Counted from the whole stretch's first letter, positions 26,806-40,036 are shown. The stretch: DNA of 63,886 nt, filler included, from Octopus bimaculoides (GCF_001194135.2; 9 parts of 9 records of this genome joined end to end with filler, not necessarily neighbours in it); one strand, 5' to 3'. Numbers and translations are program-made. Notes: generated from the sequence alone by a model not told the origin.

Positions 26806-28023
26806 GTTAACACTGTTGATAAACAGAGGTGGTGAGGGTAGATGGGGATGGGGGTAATTGTAGCGGGGCTGGAGGTGGGGGGAGTGGTGGTACAGGTGGT
26901 AGTGTGATGGTATCTGGCAATGAAGTAGTTGGAGTAGATATACAGGGGGGGGGGGTTAGCGGGTTAGCGTGAGGAAGTGTTGAAATAGGGGTGGGGAATC
27001 GGGTGGTGTCTGGGTGACAGATGACTGATAAATATTTCAACAGTGGAATTGTATAAAACTGTAAAATAGGTGGGGGTGAGTATATAGGTGGGTTGTGGTG
27101 GGAGAGAGAGAGAGAAAACTTTATAGTGTGTGAGAAAGGAGAGAGAGAGATGGGGGGAGAGAGAGAATGTTTCTAATATCGCAAAGAGAGAGATGAGGGA
27201 GAGACTGTGTCACTAATGTCGCAGAGAGAGAGAGAAAGAATGATGTGTATATATCTGTCCCCGACCCAGAAAAATGTGTAAGTATGTGTGTATACTTAAT
27301 ATTATGTATATATGTGTGTGTGTAAGCCTGCATGTATGTTATATATGCATGCGTATAACATATATGATGTATATATATATATATATATTTATTTTTACAC
27401 ACACGTGTGTGTGTGCGTGTGCGCGTGCGTGTGTGTATGTATGGTGGTTTCCAGTTTGTCAACTGGTAAAATGTAGGCTAGTACACCCTATTGCTTGGTA
27501 AGGTTGTCAGCAACTAAATCGAGCCCCATCTCAGACCAGCCTGGTGAGAAGAGCTCCTCAGAAACCCAGCACACAAATAAATAAAATACCCGTCAAAATA
27601 AACGGGTGGGGCTCAACACAGGCTCGACAACCACCTAACAATACCAAAGTGACCATAAAATTCTGGTTTGATGTTCGGCACAGTGTAAGAGCAGTGAAAG
27701 TACGACGGCCCTGAAAGCTTTTGTCTAAAGCATGTCTCTAGAAGAAGATAATTGATTTAAAATCTTTTTAAGCTGGCGATGACCTGAGGTCATTTGGGGA
27801 TTTTCAGTAACTGGTACTGAGGACCATGGTGCCGCCACATTCCCGAATTCGTTACGTTTATTGATACCAGATAATTTTGTTTAGGCTTAATTGTAAATCT
27901 TGTCAATTGGAGTCTGGAGAAGGTCGACGAGGTGAAATACAATTCTTTAGGGTTCTATTCTGAACGGTAATCGGCGAATTTCATTTTGTCAATGACAATC
28001 TATGTTGGACAAAAGCCGGTAGC

Positions 28024-28089
<66 letters not shown>

Positions 28090-29164
28090 AAATGTCTTTC
28101 TGAAGAAGTGATGAATTGTTCATATAAGTTTGTTTAATCCAAATACATTAGCTACTACCATTTTACTTGTATGGGTACAAGCAATGCCCGTTACTGCACT
28201 CATTAAACACCCAATCCAGGAAACAGCTGTAAAGGATTACCCATCTTCTCCACTCCCAGGACTTTTACCTCACTATGACGGATGAGTCACTATGATGGGC
28301 TACTCGAATCCGTTTGTCTTTTATCAGTGATACGATAGTATGAACTCACGAAACATCTCCCCCTCCGTAACGAATTACTGTTGAATCTCGCTTTTCTAAT
28401 TTTCCAGTTTTTCTCTTTGATTATATTTTCACTTTTGTATAATTATTTTATAAATGCTTTGATGTTATTAACAATCACCTGTCTGTCTGTCTTTTATTGT
28501 ATTATCGGTTCCTTACCTATAGCCAATTCCCTGTTCTTTCGTTCGACGTTCCATTTCAGGTATTTGGTCCGGTCTGAGCACTTACTCTGCCTATCTATAT
28601 ACGTCCACACATTCACGTACTCTCACCCATTATATATATATGTATATATGTGTGTGTGTTATGAGAGGTAATGGAGTCAAGAAGACCCAAAGGTGTCATG
28701 TAATGCTGAGTAAGTGCTATGTACAGACTACAGTTAAGCTCCAGGTTCGGTGATTAAGCGAATGAGAAGTCATATATCAGCATGTGTATATATATAAAAA
28801 ATTAACAGAATGAGATAAAAATCCAAGGCTGTGAAAGATTTCACAAGCAGGCTGTTCCGCTGATTGGATCAACTTGAACCCTCGTCGTCGTAACCGACGG
28901 AGTGCCGTAGGGATAACAATTACAACAGTAACAACAATAATAGTCGCTACAATAACCACAACAACAATGACTACAAAAACAACAACAATGTTGGTATTTG
29001 TCATCGTAGAGATTCCCGTATTGTCGGTGATGGGCGGGGGGGGGGAGCGGATACTGATGTTGATCATGGTAGTAATAAGTTGTAAGACTAGTATTGGTAG
29101 AGGGTGTTGTGCTGCTGGTATTAATGGTATGGTGGTGGTGGTGGAAGTGATGTTTTTGATGATG

Positions 29165-29370
29165 ATGTCCAAATTTGGCACAAGGCCAGCGATTGTTTTT
29201 CCGGGTGAGGAGGGGAGGTAATTCGATTCGATCCCAGTGTTCAACTGGTACTTGTTCCATTGACCCCGAAACGATGAAAGGCAAAATCGGCCTCGCCAGA
29301 ATTTGAACTCAGAGAGTAAAGACAAAGAAAATGGCGCTAAACATTTTGTCCAGCGTGCCGCCTTTTGTCG
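29165..29370 (-). mobile_element. SINE family A copy
   Basis: GACCCCGAAACGATGAAAGGCAAA...AATTTGAACTCAGA match to family A. Confidence 0.75.
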
Positions 29371-29436
29371 TTGATAATAATGAGAATTAAAGATTAATGG
29401 AGTTAAACTGAGAAACTTATTTACAGAAAAGAAAGG

Positions 29437-29468
<32 letters not shown>

Positions 29469-31541
29469 AGGGATGAGTTATAGGTTTAAACAGTAGATAG
29501 ATAGATAGATAGATAGAACGCACAAGTATCTGCGTTTACCCTATCTTGTAAGATGACTCGCTGTCAGAAGAGAATGCCTGGCAGACATTTAAGAAAAATA
29601 GCACGGAGTAAATGCGAACGAGAGACATCAGTGATAAGGTCACAGTAGTGTGACGAAAGACTTTCATAAAACAATTATCTGATTAATTAATCGAGTAATT
29701 AACTGATTGTTAATTGGTATTAAAAGAGGTGAAATTCGAATAGTGTCACTTTTTCTCTTGAGACTCTTAAATTACTAATACCCGAACAAGTAAGCACTAG
29801 GTGCAAACCAATGTAACAAGGTGGTAAAAATAGTACTCGAATACCAGGGATAGATCAGATTATTTTATTAAAGCCGTAAAAAACTTCACAAACTGTTAAC
29901 TTTAGTAAAATAGCATATATTATATATACTGTTACGTTACGGTAGGATCAACAAAAATATTACACAGATAAATATCATTTAATGAACACAGTATCAAGAT
30001 ACAGGCCACTAATAGTTTGTTGTCATCGAGACACATTGGTTACGCATCTTTTTCCTTTCTTTTTCCGTTTTTATTCACTCTTTGCATCAGCCTTCTCGTT
30101 TTTTATCGTGGCTTCTCATGAACCAACATCCTGTTTTTCAAATAGAATGATCCATGTGTCTAGAGCACGAAGATTGCTTGGAGACACAAGGCACATTATA
30201 AAAATGAAGTAAAAACATCATAACTTGGTCAGGTTAATAATAAATCTCATAGTAGGGTGCTGGAAAAAAATATATGAGTATATGTTTTTGTTTTTTATTT
30301 AAAAAAAATTAAGTTGATCCAATCAGAGAAGTGGTAGTATAATTTCAGTGTTATCGTTTCCTGTAGGTAATTATCGAAGTGACTGAACTGATTGAAGATC
30401 TCTGATCCAACATTCAAATAGCCAACAAATTTATTGAGATTCATTCGCATGAGGTTCTTCTTAGCTAACGTGTATAAACTACAGACATTGTGTTTCATTT
30501 CTCTCGAGACTCTTCCGCTTTTTGTCGAATACAGGACTAAATAGTTATGATTATATTTTTTATGCTCCTTCAAGAGAAACTCTCTTCTGGAAAAAGTATG
30601 GCTGAAATCGTCTCGAATTTACTTTCCAACATAACGTTGTTTATTTGTTTAATGTAGTGGAGGCGACCTTGCTTCGTAGATAACTGCTTCGGCATTGCCG
30701 TACGGATGAAGAATGACCCATGTGATATTGCAGGTGAAATTTTTCCCAACTATTTTTGTGGGATTACTTCTAATTAGTAGTTATCGCACGTTTACTTGAA
30801 GCTATCTTTTAAGTTATTTTTGTTGACTATTTTCCTACATTGGTAATTAATAGGTATAGTTTCTTCATTATTAAAATTAAATATTGTCATGCCAGTCCTA
30901 ACTTGTAAAGAGAATGACTTGTTTATTTTGTTTGATGAGTGCTCATAAAATTTACTGTAACACGAAACTTACAGCGCGCGTGTGTAGCAAGTAACTTGTT
31001 TGTGACAAGAGTGGACGTCAATATAGCTGAAATAGAGAATATATTAAGATACATCATACAAACAAGGAAAACTCTTACGGTACTCAGTTTCTCAACGAGG
31101 CACGGCTATAAATTTATCCTATTACCGACCGGTAATCGGACAACTACATATTCATGGCTCATCGGGAAACTTAAAGTATAGGAGTTCTCGTGTGGGTTTG
31201 TGGGTGAAAGAGAGAGAAGGGAGTGGAAGAAAGGGAGAAATGTCGCGAAAAAGATGGAAAAGACAAATACTTGAAGTGAGCAAAAGATAAAAAAAAAAAG
31301 GAGAATGTGATGGAGAAGTAGCGAAAACTGAGACATGAGCAAGTTAGAGAAAGAGTATGGGGTGAAACTGGGAAGAAACCTTGGTGATCCGTAGACACGG
31401 ATGATGTCAACACTTCACTTCGTTAAAGTAGTTGTGGAGCACACCACTAAATTCCAATATCCCTTAGTAGCTCTTCTACCCGACCCCTACATCAGCATCC
31501 CCACCAACTACCACACAACCCCCTCACTGTCACCACCATTA

Positions 31542-31585
<44 letters not shown>

Positions 31586-32170
31586 NNNNNNNNNNNNNNN
31601 NNNNNNNNNNNNNNNNNNNNNNNNNNNNNNNNNNNNNNNNNNNNNNNNNNNNNNNNNNNNNNNNNNNNNNNNNNNNNNNNNNNNNNNNNNNNNNNNNNNN
31701 NNNNNNNNNNNNNNNNNNNNNNNNNNNNNNNNNNNNNNNNNNNNNNNNNNNNNNNNNNNNNNNNNNNNNNNNNNNNNNNNNNNNNNNNNNNNNNNNNNNN
31801 NNNNNNNNNNNNNNNNNNNNNNNNNNNNNNNNNNNNNNNNNNNNNNNNNNNNNNNNNNNNNNNNNNNNNNNNNNNNNNNNNNNNNNNNNNNNNNNNNNNN
31901 NNNNNNNNNNNNNNNNNNNNNNNNNNNNNNNNNNNNNNNNNNNNNNNNNNNNNNNNNNNNNNNNNNNNNNNNNNNNNNNNNNNNNNNNNNNNNNNNNNNN
32001 NNNNNNNNNNNNNNNNNNNNNNNNNNNNNNNNNNNNNNNNNNNNNNNNNNNNNNNNNNNNNNNNNNNNNNNNNNNNNNNNNNNNNNNNNNNNNNNNNNNN
32101 NNNNNNNNNNNNNNNNNNNNNNNNNNNNNNNNNNNNNNNNNNNNNNNNNNNNNNNNNNNNNNNNNNNNNN

Positions 32171-32214
<44 letters not shown>

Positions 32215-32651
32215 GCGTATATGGGTGTGTGTATATATGTTTGTACATGCGTACAAATGTCGTGTGTGTGTATATATTATATACACCGATATGTAACTTG
32301 ATATGTATGTATACCACAGCCAATGAGGGATACCCTAGGCGTAGTTGTTGCTGCTTGAAAACAATATCCACACACATATATATATATATACTGTCATACG
32401 GATAGTGTGTGTGTGTGTGTGTGTGTGTGTGATCAGTGGTGGTTGTTTACGCATCTCTGTCTATATTATTTATGTTTATTTGACGTTCAATAATTTGACA
32501 TTCTGCTCGCTGCTGTCTAATATAAAAGCAAAGTAATTGACCAAAACGTATAGAAACTAACCCTGGATGCCGATTAGGTTTCGCCCGTGACTGTGGAGAG
32601 CTGATCTTTCTTTCGTCACCTCTCTTTCTCATTCTCTCTCTTCAGCCCTTC

Positions 32652-32684
<33 letters not shown>

Positions 32685-33635
32685 ATCTTAGTTTGGAAAG
32701 AAAGTCCTGTCCCATTTCAAGATGCGAAAAAAAAAAAACTTCTTTGGCCATAATTGATTTATTTAATCAAGATAACATTTCCCTTTCATTATTGATAACA
32801 TAATCCCATTTATTTGGCAAATTGCTGATCCCTCAAGCATAAGATTCTTCAGGTTTCGGAACAATGAAATACTCGATATTATTTTAACCTCTCCATAGTC
32901 AATAAAGAATCTTCCTTCTAAATAATGTTGTAATGATCCGAAAAGGCGATGCAACAAGACCAAGTGAGTAAGGAAAAGATGACAGGAAATATGGAAGTTT
33001 TACCTCATTTTTTCCTGTGTGTCGGGCAATATGGAAGTTTTGCATTATTGTGTAAGAGTAACGTCCCTTTAAAATTGATCAATGATGAATATTTTTTCTG
33101 CGAATATTCTAGTGATTCATTTAAATACAAACGGTAGTCACGTCTTTCGCCTTTATAGGGTTCTGCTGTACCAAAGACAGACCACTGTAATTGGTAGTTA
33201 TATATATATATATATATAATTTTAAATCGTGAATATATTATAAAACCAGTGTTGAATGAGTGCGTCTAGAGTCGGAGAAAATTTTCTTATGAGTAGAATC
33301 GTTTTTTTAAACTCTATGGATGATCCAGAATAGAATTTAGTATTGTTATGTGTCATGACATTGCATTTATATACAACATCCTTCATATTGCATTTGCTGT
33401 TCAGAGGGCAGCTAGAAGGGTTTATATAGCTGCAATTGGATGTGTCTCAGTAACAGGCGCAATAATAATCCTAAAGATTCCACCACGTAATCTCCAGTAC
33501 GAACGCTGCAAGTTCTTTTATCACGATTACTATTACCAAGACTGTCGTGATTATCAGTATTCCTCCTAGTGGTGTCCCTGATTAGCAATAATGGTAAAAC
33601 GGTTATTAGTCGTGCCAATGTCATAATGATGAATG

Positions 33636-33996
33636 TTATTACCTCCACCTTAACGAAGGCAGAGGTATTGTTTTCAGTCGTGTTTGTTTGTTTGTCCGTG
33701 GACAAGATATCTCAAGAACCGCTGGATGGATTCCGATGAAACTTTCAGGGAGGATTAGCCTCGTGACTGGCACGAACTGATTAGATTTTGGGATCGATTC
33801 GGTACTGGACAAGGATTCTGGATTATTTTTCGTGCTTTTTTTTTACTTTATTTTTGAGAGCAGTCGGGTTTATTTTTAGTATTCTTGTTTGTAAGAGTAG
33901 TCGAGTCTATTTCAGATACTCTCATTTTAAAAATTATCGTTGAGAGGACATTGGTGTTGCCTTGGAGGAGGTTTGCGCTCTCTCAGTGCTCTTGTT
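33636..33996 (+). mobile_element. Helentron-associated non-autonomous element (HINE / Helitron-N-like)
   Basis: Starts TTATTACCTCC..., carries a (GTTT)n block and GATGGATT..GATGAAACTTT, and ends CCTTGGAGGAGGTTTGCGCTCTC..AGTGCT..TT. This is the subterminal IR plus 3' stem-loop layout of that family. Confidence 0.65.
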
Positions 33997-34164
33997 AATA
34001 TTGAAATTAGTGATGGTGGTTTTAGTGGCAGTGTCAGGAACATTACCAGTAATAGAAGCAGTATCATCGATAGTAGCAGTAAAAGAAACTGCAGCAGACG
34101 TATTGGCATTTATTAGTATGATGTTCAAGTTTAATTGTGTTTGGTATAAAATTCAATGAATTTA

Positions 34165-34465
34165 AACTGGTGCTCCGTCGGTTACGACGTCGAGGGTTCC
34201 AGTCGATCTGATCAATGGAGTAGTCTGCTCGTGAAATTTACATGCAAGTGGCTGAGCACTCCACAGACACGCATACACCTAACATATTCCTCGGGGAGAT
34301 TCAGCGTGACACAGAGTGTGACAAGGCTTGCTCCCTCGAAGTACAGGTACAACTCATTTTTGTCAGCTGAGTGGACTGGGGCAACATGAAATAAAGTGCC
34401 TTGCTCAAGGACACAACGCGTGGGCTGAATACCCCAAACGACTAAGCCATGCGCCTTCATTCGAT
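34165..34465 (-). mobile_element. SINE family C-related copy
   Basis: Shares the family C body with 36458-36825. Confidence 0.8.
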
Positions 34466-35394
34466 GAAGTTATAGCATTGCGTATGTTTGATGGGCGAGA
34501 TTAACTGTCTGTCACAGAAGTAGTGTTTCCATACATAGTGTTGACTATTAAGCTCTTCGGTTTATTATTAACAGTTGTTCCATTGTGAGTACTTAATGTC
34601 AAATTATTCTCTTTTTCTGCTTTGTGAACTTAGCTGCTACTAACAACCACTGTAAATTTTGTCATTTCCTAAATTAAGTGCAGTGGAGTATGAAAGTTTA
34701 ACTGTGCAACGTTAAATAATCTGTGTTGGGTGTGAAAGCATTTTTATTCATGATGTAAAACAACGTTTTAGAATCTATTTGCTTGTTTTCACTTATTTAC
34801 TAGTACACCTTTACTTTTTATCCCGTTTACTATGTTGATCAGTCTCCCCCCCTCTCTCTCTCTCTCTCTGCCACTCGTTCACCTTTTTTTTTTTGCTTCC
34901 TTCACTAAATACATATAAATTACCTCACCCTGCGTTTGACTTCAGATATTAGATCTCTGTAACAGAATGCAATAAAGTGTTCCCTTGAGGACCCATCGCA
35001 GTTATGCATTCAAATTCACTTTAGAACATCCAGTGCTGAGCTCCAAATAACTGCAATGGTGAAACTTACGTGGTGTGTATCATAACCAGTAACACTGCCA
35101 AATAGTGATAGACTCACAACTATACTGGAAGCTGACTGCACAATCACAATCTATGCAGAGCTATAACTCACACAGTAGGACATCTAACTGCACACACTGG
35201 ATATGTACATATATATATAACAGAGATGTACTTGCATAGCAAGTGACTTGATCTGAGATCGTGTGCTGAAACAAAAGCAATTGCAGCGTGGAAGGTGTTT
35301 ATATGCCATACAAAAACCGTTAGATTCAATTCAGCGTTTAAATTTAATTTGTCAAAATATTTTCGTTTCTTTTGTGTTTTTTAAACGGCTTATC

Positions 35395-35698
35395 AACAGC
35401 TTTCAATTGTTTGTGTGTGTATGTCTGCCTTTGGCTGGCCTCAAATCTCACCTGCGAACCCATGGAAAACAAACTTCAACCAGCTATTCTGATTATATGT
35501 CTGTGCACACGTTTGAATGTGGCATGTGCCAGAGGGTTTGCAAATCTAATGGGTGTCTTAAAAGACATGTTAGGATCCACAATGAGCAGAACTTACTTGC
35601 AGGTATTGGTAGTGCAAATCAGGTGCAATCTGTGTGGGTGTTTTTTCAAAACACTGTCTGGTTTAAAAAGCCACATCAGACGCCATGAAGGGGCTAAG
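35395..35698 (+). mobile_element. 3' end of a LINE (RTE-like) encoding three C2H2-like zinc fingers, frameshifted
   Basis: ...LAGLKSHLRTH...FECGMCQRVCKSNGCLKRHVRIH...(frameshift) IRCNLCGCFFKTLSGLKSHIRRHEGAK. Non-TGEKP linkers, and a homologous second copy at 11270-11452. Confidence 0.6.
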
Positions 35699-36457
35699 NN
35701 NNNNNNNNNNNNNNNNNNNNNNNNNNNNNNNNNNNNNNNNNNNNNNNNNNNNNNNNNNNNNNNNNNNNNNNNNNNNNNNNNNNNNNNNNNNNNNNNNNNN
35801 NNNNNNNNNNNNNNNNNNNNNNNNNNNNNNNNNNNNNNNNNNNNNNNNNNNNNNNNNNNNNNNNNNNNNNNNNNNNNNNNNNNNNNNNNNNNNNNNNNNN
35901 NNNNNNNNNNNNNNNNNNNNNNNNNNNNNNNNNNNNNNNNNNNNNNNNNNNNNNNNNNNNNNNNNNNNNNNNNNNNNNNNNNNNNNNNNNNNNNNNNNNN
36001 NNNNNNNNNNNNNNNNNNNNNNNNNNNNNNNNNNNNNNNNNNNNNNNNNNNNNNNNNNNNNNNNNNNNNNNNNNNNNNNNNNNNNNNNNNNNNNNNNNNN
36101 NNNNNNNNNNNNNNNNNNNNNNNNNNNNNNNNNNNNNNNNNNNNNNNNNNNNNNNNNNNNNNNNNNNNNNNNNNNNNNNNNNNNNNNNNNNNNNNNNNNN
36201 NNNNNNNNNNNNNNNNNNNNNNNNNNNNNNNNNNNNNNNNNNNNNNNNNNNNNNNNNNNNNNNNNNNNNNNNNNNNNNNNNNNNNNNNNNNNNNNNNNNN
36301 NNNNNNNNNNNNNNNNNNNNNNNNNNNNNNNNNNNNNNNNNNNNNNNNNNNNNNNNNNNNNNNNNNNNNNNNNNNNNNNNNNNNNNNNNNNNNNNNNNNN
36401 NNNNNNNNNNNNNNNNNNNNNNNNNNNNNNNNNNNNNNNNNNNNNNNNNNNNNNNNT

Positions 36458-36825
36458 GTCATGGCACTCTGTTGGTTACGACAACGAGGGTTTCAGTTGA
36501 TCCGATCAACAGAATAGCTTGCTTGTGAAATTAACGTGCAAGTGGCTGAGCACTCCACAGACATGTGTACCCTTAACATAGTTCTCGGGGAGATTCAGCG
36601 TGACACAGTGTGTGACAAGGCTAGCCCTTTGAAATACAGGTACAACAGAAACGGAGTAAGTTGCGTTGAAAGAGTACAGCAGGATTCACCACCACCTCCT
36701 GCCAGAGCCTCGTGAAGCTTTAGATGTTTTCACTCAATAAACACTCACAATGCCCAGTCTGGGAATCGAAATCGCGATCCTACATCTGCGAGTCCGCTGC
36801 GCTACCCACTGGGCCATTGCACTTC
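36458..36825 (-). mobile_element. tRNA-derived SINE (family C)
   Basis: Head GCAATGGCCCAGTGGGTAGCGCAGCGGACTCGC...TTTCGATTCCCAGAC; body GTGGCTGAGCACTCCACAGACA...GGGGAGATTCAGCGTGACACAG shared with 34165-34465, 41095-41405 and 28825-28910. Confidence 0.85.
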
Positions 36826-37061
36826 TACACACACACACACAATTATTTTCTCATAGAGAATGCTTTAGTGCAGTTGTACTGAATGAATCTTAAAATAATG
36901 AAACGGTAATTGTTTAAGGAAATTAAAGATGTTGGGTTGTCTTTTAAGCTTGTCCATAGGTGTGTCATTTGGTCAGGTGTTAATTCATATAGTTGGCAAT
37001 GGTTTTGTTGATGTTCATACTCTTTGGTAGACAGTAGCAGGCTATATTAAAACAAAAAAAA

Positions 37062-37440
37062 TATAGTGTGGCTGTGTTGTGTAACATGTGGTTTCATGTT
37101 CAGTCCCACTGTGTGACACCTTGGACAAGTGTCTTCTGCTATAATCCTAGGCTGAGTAATGCTTTGAGAGTGGATTTGGTAGATTGAAACTGAAAAAAGT
37201 CCAGTGTGTGTGTGTGTGTGTATATACAATCTCATCTTGACATTATGTCATGATTGTAAATATGCCATTTTGTCATGCAACTGCTGTTATTCATTTCTTG
37301 TCTTTAAATAGAAAAATGTTTGGCCCTGGGGAAAACATTACCTTGCTTGGAAACAGGTGAAGGTTAGAGACAGTAAAGGCATCCAGCTGTAGAAAAATTC
37401 TGTCTGAGCCATGCAAGGAAAAGTGAACATTAAAATGATG
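37062..37440 (+). mobile_element. SINE family B head with an alternative 3' tail
   Basis: Family B head, then CATTACCTTGCTTGGAAACAGGTGA...CATCCAGCTGTAGAAA and a (GAT)n tail. Confidence 0.7.
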
Positions 37441-37540
37441 ATAATGAAGCCAAATGTTTTAAAAGATTAAAAACAATTTTTTTAATTCCTCCAGAGAGGA
37501 AGATTCTTTAAATATTTTATTTCTTTGTAATTCAGTCATT

Positions 37541-37571
<31 letters not shown>

Positions 37572-37774
37572 GACAAATAAAATGTATAATTAATAATTTA
37601 ATCAAAATGTGGAAAATTCACCATGGAAAATGGTGGGTGAGGATTGTTAATCACAGAATTTGCACATGGCATCCAACTAGGTTTTATTCATTTAAAATTT
37701 TTTCTTGCATTTAGAATGTTTGATATATTCTGGTTGTGTGCCTGCGTTAGAGATCATTATTGTTATTATTATTG

Positions 37775-37993
37775 TTTTCAAATTTTGGAACAAGGCCAGC
37801 AATTTCAGGGGAGGAAGTAAGTCAATTCTTTAACCTCCCCCCCCAATATTCAACTGGTACTTATTTTATCAACCCTGAAAGGATGAAAGGCAATGCTGAC
37901 CTCAGCAGAATTTGAACTCTGAACATAAAGATGAACGAAATGCCATTGAACATCTTGCCTGGCATGCGACCGATTCTGCCAGCTCGATGCCTT
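37775..37993 (-). mobile_element. SINE family A copy
   Basis: CTGGTACTTATTTTATC.ACCC.GAAAGGATGAAAGGC match to family A. Confidence 0.8.
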
Positions 37994-38598
37994 GGGACCA
38001 TCATCATTATGATTGATATTATTATTATAGCAGTGGATTGGTCAAATCAATAGAGCACCAGAGAGAATGTCTTGTACTGTTTCTACTGGCTCTTTATGTT
38101 GCAAGATCAAATCCAGCTGAGGTCAACATAAAGTACCAGTCAAATACTGGGGTCGATAGTACTAACACCACCTCTTCACAAAATTGTTGGCTATATGCCA
38201 AAATTAGAAGTAATAATAAAAGTTGTTGCTGTTGTTGTTGTCAGGATGCTTATTGCAGTGTTTGTCAGGTTTCATGTCTAATTGAGAAAAATTCACCCCA
38301 CCCCTTCTTCAATTATTCTAATGACCAATTATGCCAGACTGCACATCTCCAAACCTTCTTGGTCTGCAGATTTTAATACTCAACTTCAAGTCTGTCGGCT
38401 CATTAAAATTAATGAACAGTCTCTGGTCAGCACAGACACCCACAAACATACAACATTACCAAGGTTCGCAAGCTCTTTTAAGTAGTTATTCTCTTGGTGT
38501 CCATGGTAACACAGATGACATTTATTCAGAAAGAGAAATTTGACCATTTTGTTTTTATTTTTTTGTAAAGTTATTTAATCTTTCTGTTGTGTTGGTGT

Positions 38599-38770
38599 CT
38601 AATTAGTTTTAATTGCAATTAAGTTCTTCATAAAGTCAAAAGTGTTGCCATCAGGTTGCACACTAATCAAATGTCCTTCTGCAGTCTTCACTTGCAGGAA
38701 ACCGTTCTCATCTAAACCATTTATGTCAACTTCCAGATTGTTTTCACATTCAAGACGAACTTTGGCTCCC
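38599..38770 (-). CDS. HLCS: Biotin-protein ligase / holocarboxylase synthetase, terminal coding exon
   Basis: Encodes (R)GAKVRLECENNLEVDINGLDENGFLQVKTAEGHLISVQPDGNTFDFMKNLIAIKTN*. This matches the eukaryotic BPL C-terminal signature GLDxxGFLxV...V.PDGNSFDM.xNLI. Polypyrimidine tract plus tttcag acceptor at 38772-38771, TAG stop at 38601-38599, and AATAAA on the minus strand at 38559-38554 and 38526-38521. Confidence 0.95.
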
Positions 38771-39865
38771 CTGAAACACAAAAACAAAAAACAAACCCTT
38801 GAATATATAAAAACAGTTGTTTAGTTTAACTCATTCAGGTTGACTGTTACTTATAATGAAGGACATTTATTTAAAATGTGGCATTAGGAAGGGCATCCAG
38901 CCATAAAAACCCTACCAAAACGGACCTCAGTGGTGTTGGTGTCATGTATAAAGCTCTCAGTCCACTCTGTAATGTTGTTGGTGACAGGAAGAGCATCCAG
39001 CTGTAAGAATCATAACAAAATATGAGGTTTCCTGGAGACACAATGACTAATTGGTCCACTAATGGAGTTCCCTATATGGTCACTTGGCCTGCTAGAAATT
39101 GCAGCCAAATCTCCATCAAACTATACCATAACATCTTAAAGATGGGGCATGTTGGACACAGGGTATCAGAAAAACACACACACAGGATGGTCAGGATTGG
39201 AACACTTTTCATCAAAAACCTCCTTAGTTATGTAATCAATGAAATCAATGAACTTAACCCCATGGCTTTCATTTTATTTGTGATTTTGTCCTTTTTACTG
39301 ACAAAGCCCAAAGAGGCAGAAATGCATGTCTAGCCATACTCGTTTGAACAACACCTTTATCATACGATTTTAAATAGCACTTCCATCATTCGATTTACTA
39401 CACTGAAATTCATCCTTTTCTCTAACGAGTGTGCCAGAGAGACTCTGCATCGCAAACTTCATCTGCTAGTAGCACCAAGTCATCAGTGTAGTCAGCGTAT
39501 GTGTTGGTCACATTTAGAAAACATCTGCTTAGATACTCTTATAAAGCAGACATTGCAATCGTCTGGCTCATCATATTCTGTCTGAAGCCTGCCACAACAG
39601 AAGACAAACGTTCAATGATGAGGATGGGGGATGCAGGTGTGACTGTGTGGTTAAGAATTTCACTTTGCAAACATGTAGCTTTGCGTTTGATTCCAATAAA
39701 CATAGGTTGACCAATGCCATGTGAGTGAATTTGCTTGATAGAAATCGCAGGAAGCCTATCATATATGTGTATATGCTTCTGTGTCCATGTGAATGTTTAC
39801 GTTGCATTGCATGGGTAAAGCTACCATGTATCTAGATAGACATGAAGAGGTGTGTGTGTGTGATT

Positions 39866-39959
39866 GCACTGCCTGGAATCGAACTCGGAATTTTGGGGTT
39901 AGTAACCTGCGCTCTTAACCACTACGCCATATACCCATGGGCATATGGCATAGTGGTTA
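39866..39959 (-). pseudogene. tRNA-like SINE head with a head-to-head partial duplication
   Basis: The minus strand has an A-box (TGGCGTAGTGG) and a B-box (GAGTTCGATTCC). 39916-39959 is a 22+22 bp palindrome with 20/22 pairs. Confidence 0.7.
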
Positions 39960-40036
39960 TCCATCAAATATAAATAATGTACATAATTCCTCATCTCTTA
40001 AATATAGAACTATATGAAAGAATTTGTTCCACGCAC

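Noticed and set aside
26825-27110. G-rich tract with G-quadruplex potential and two GGGTTAGC telomere-like units
   Set aside because: Low-complexity purine tract of a kind common here; only two variant units, so not an interstitial telomere array.
28777-29523. 248-aa minus-strand ORF
   Set aside because: A composite of SINE A, a degenerate (ACA)n tail and a SINE C end.
32763-32963. 66-aa ORF with a vaguely LRR-like stretch (ISLFRNLKNLML)
   Set aside because: A single weak motif with no convincing splice frame or partner exons.
39866-39941. Possible functional tRNA gene
   Set aside because: A and B boxes are present but the acceptor stem does not close; it fits a tRNA-derived repeat head.
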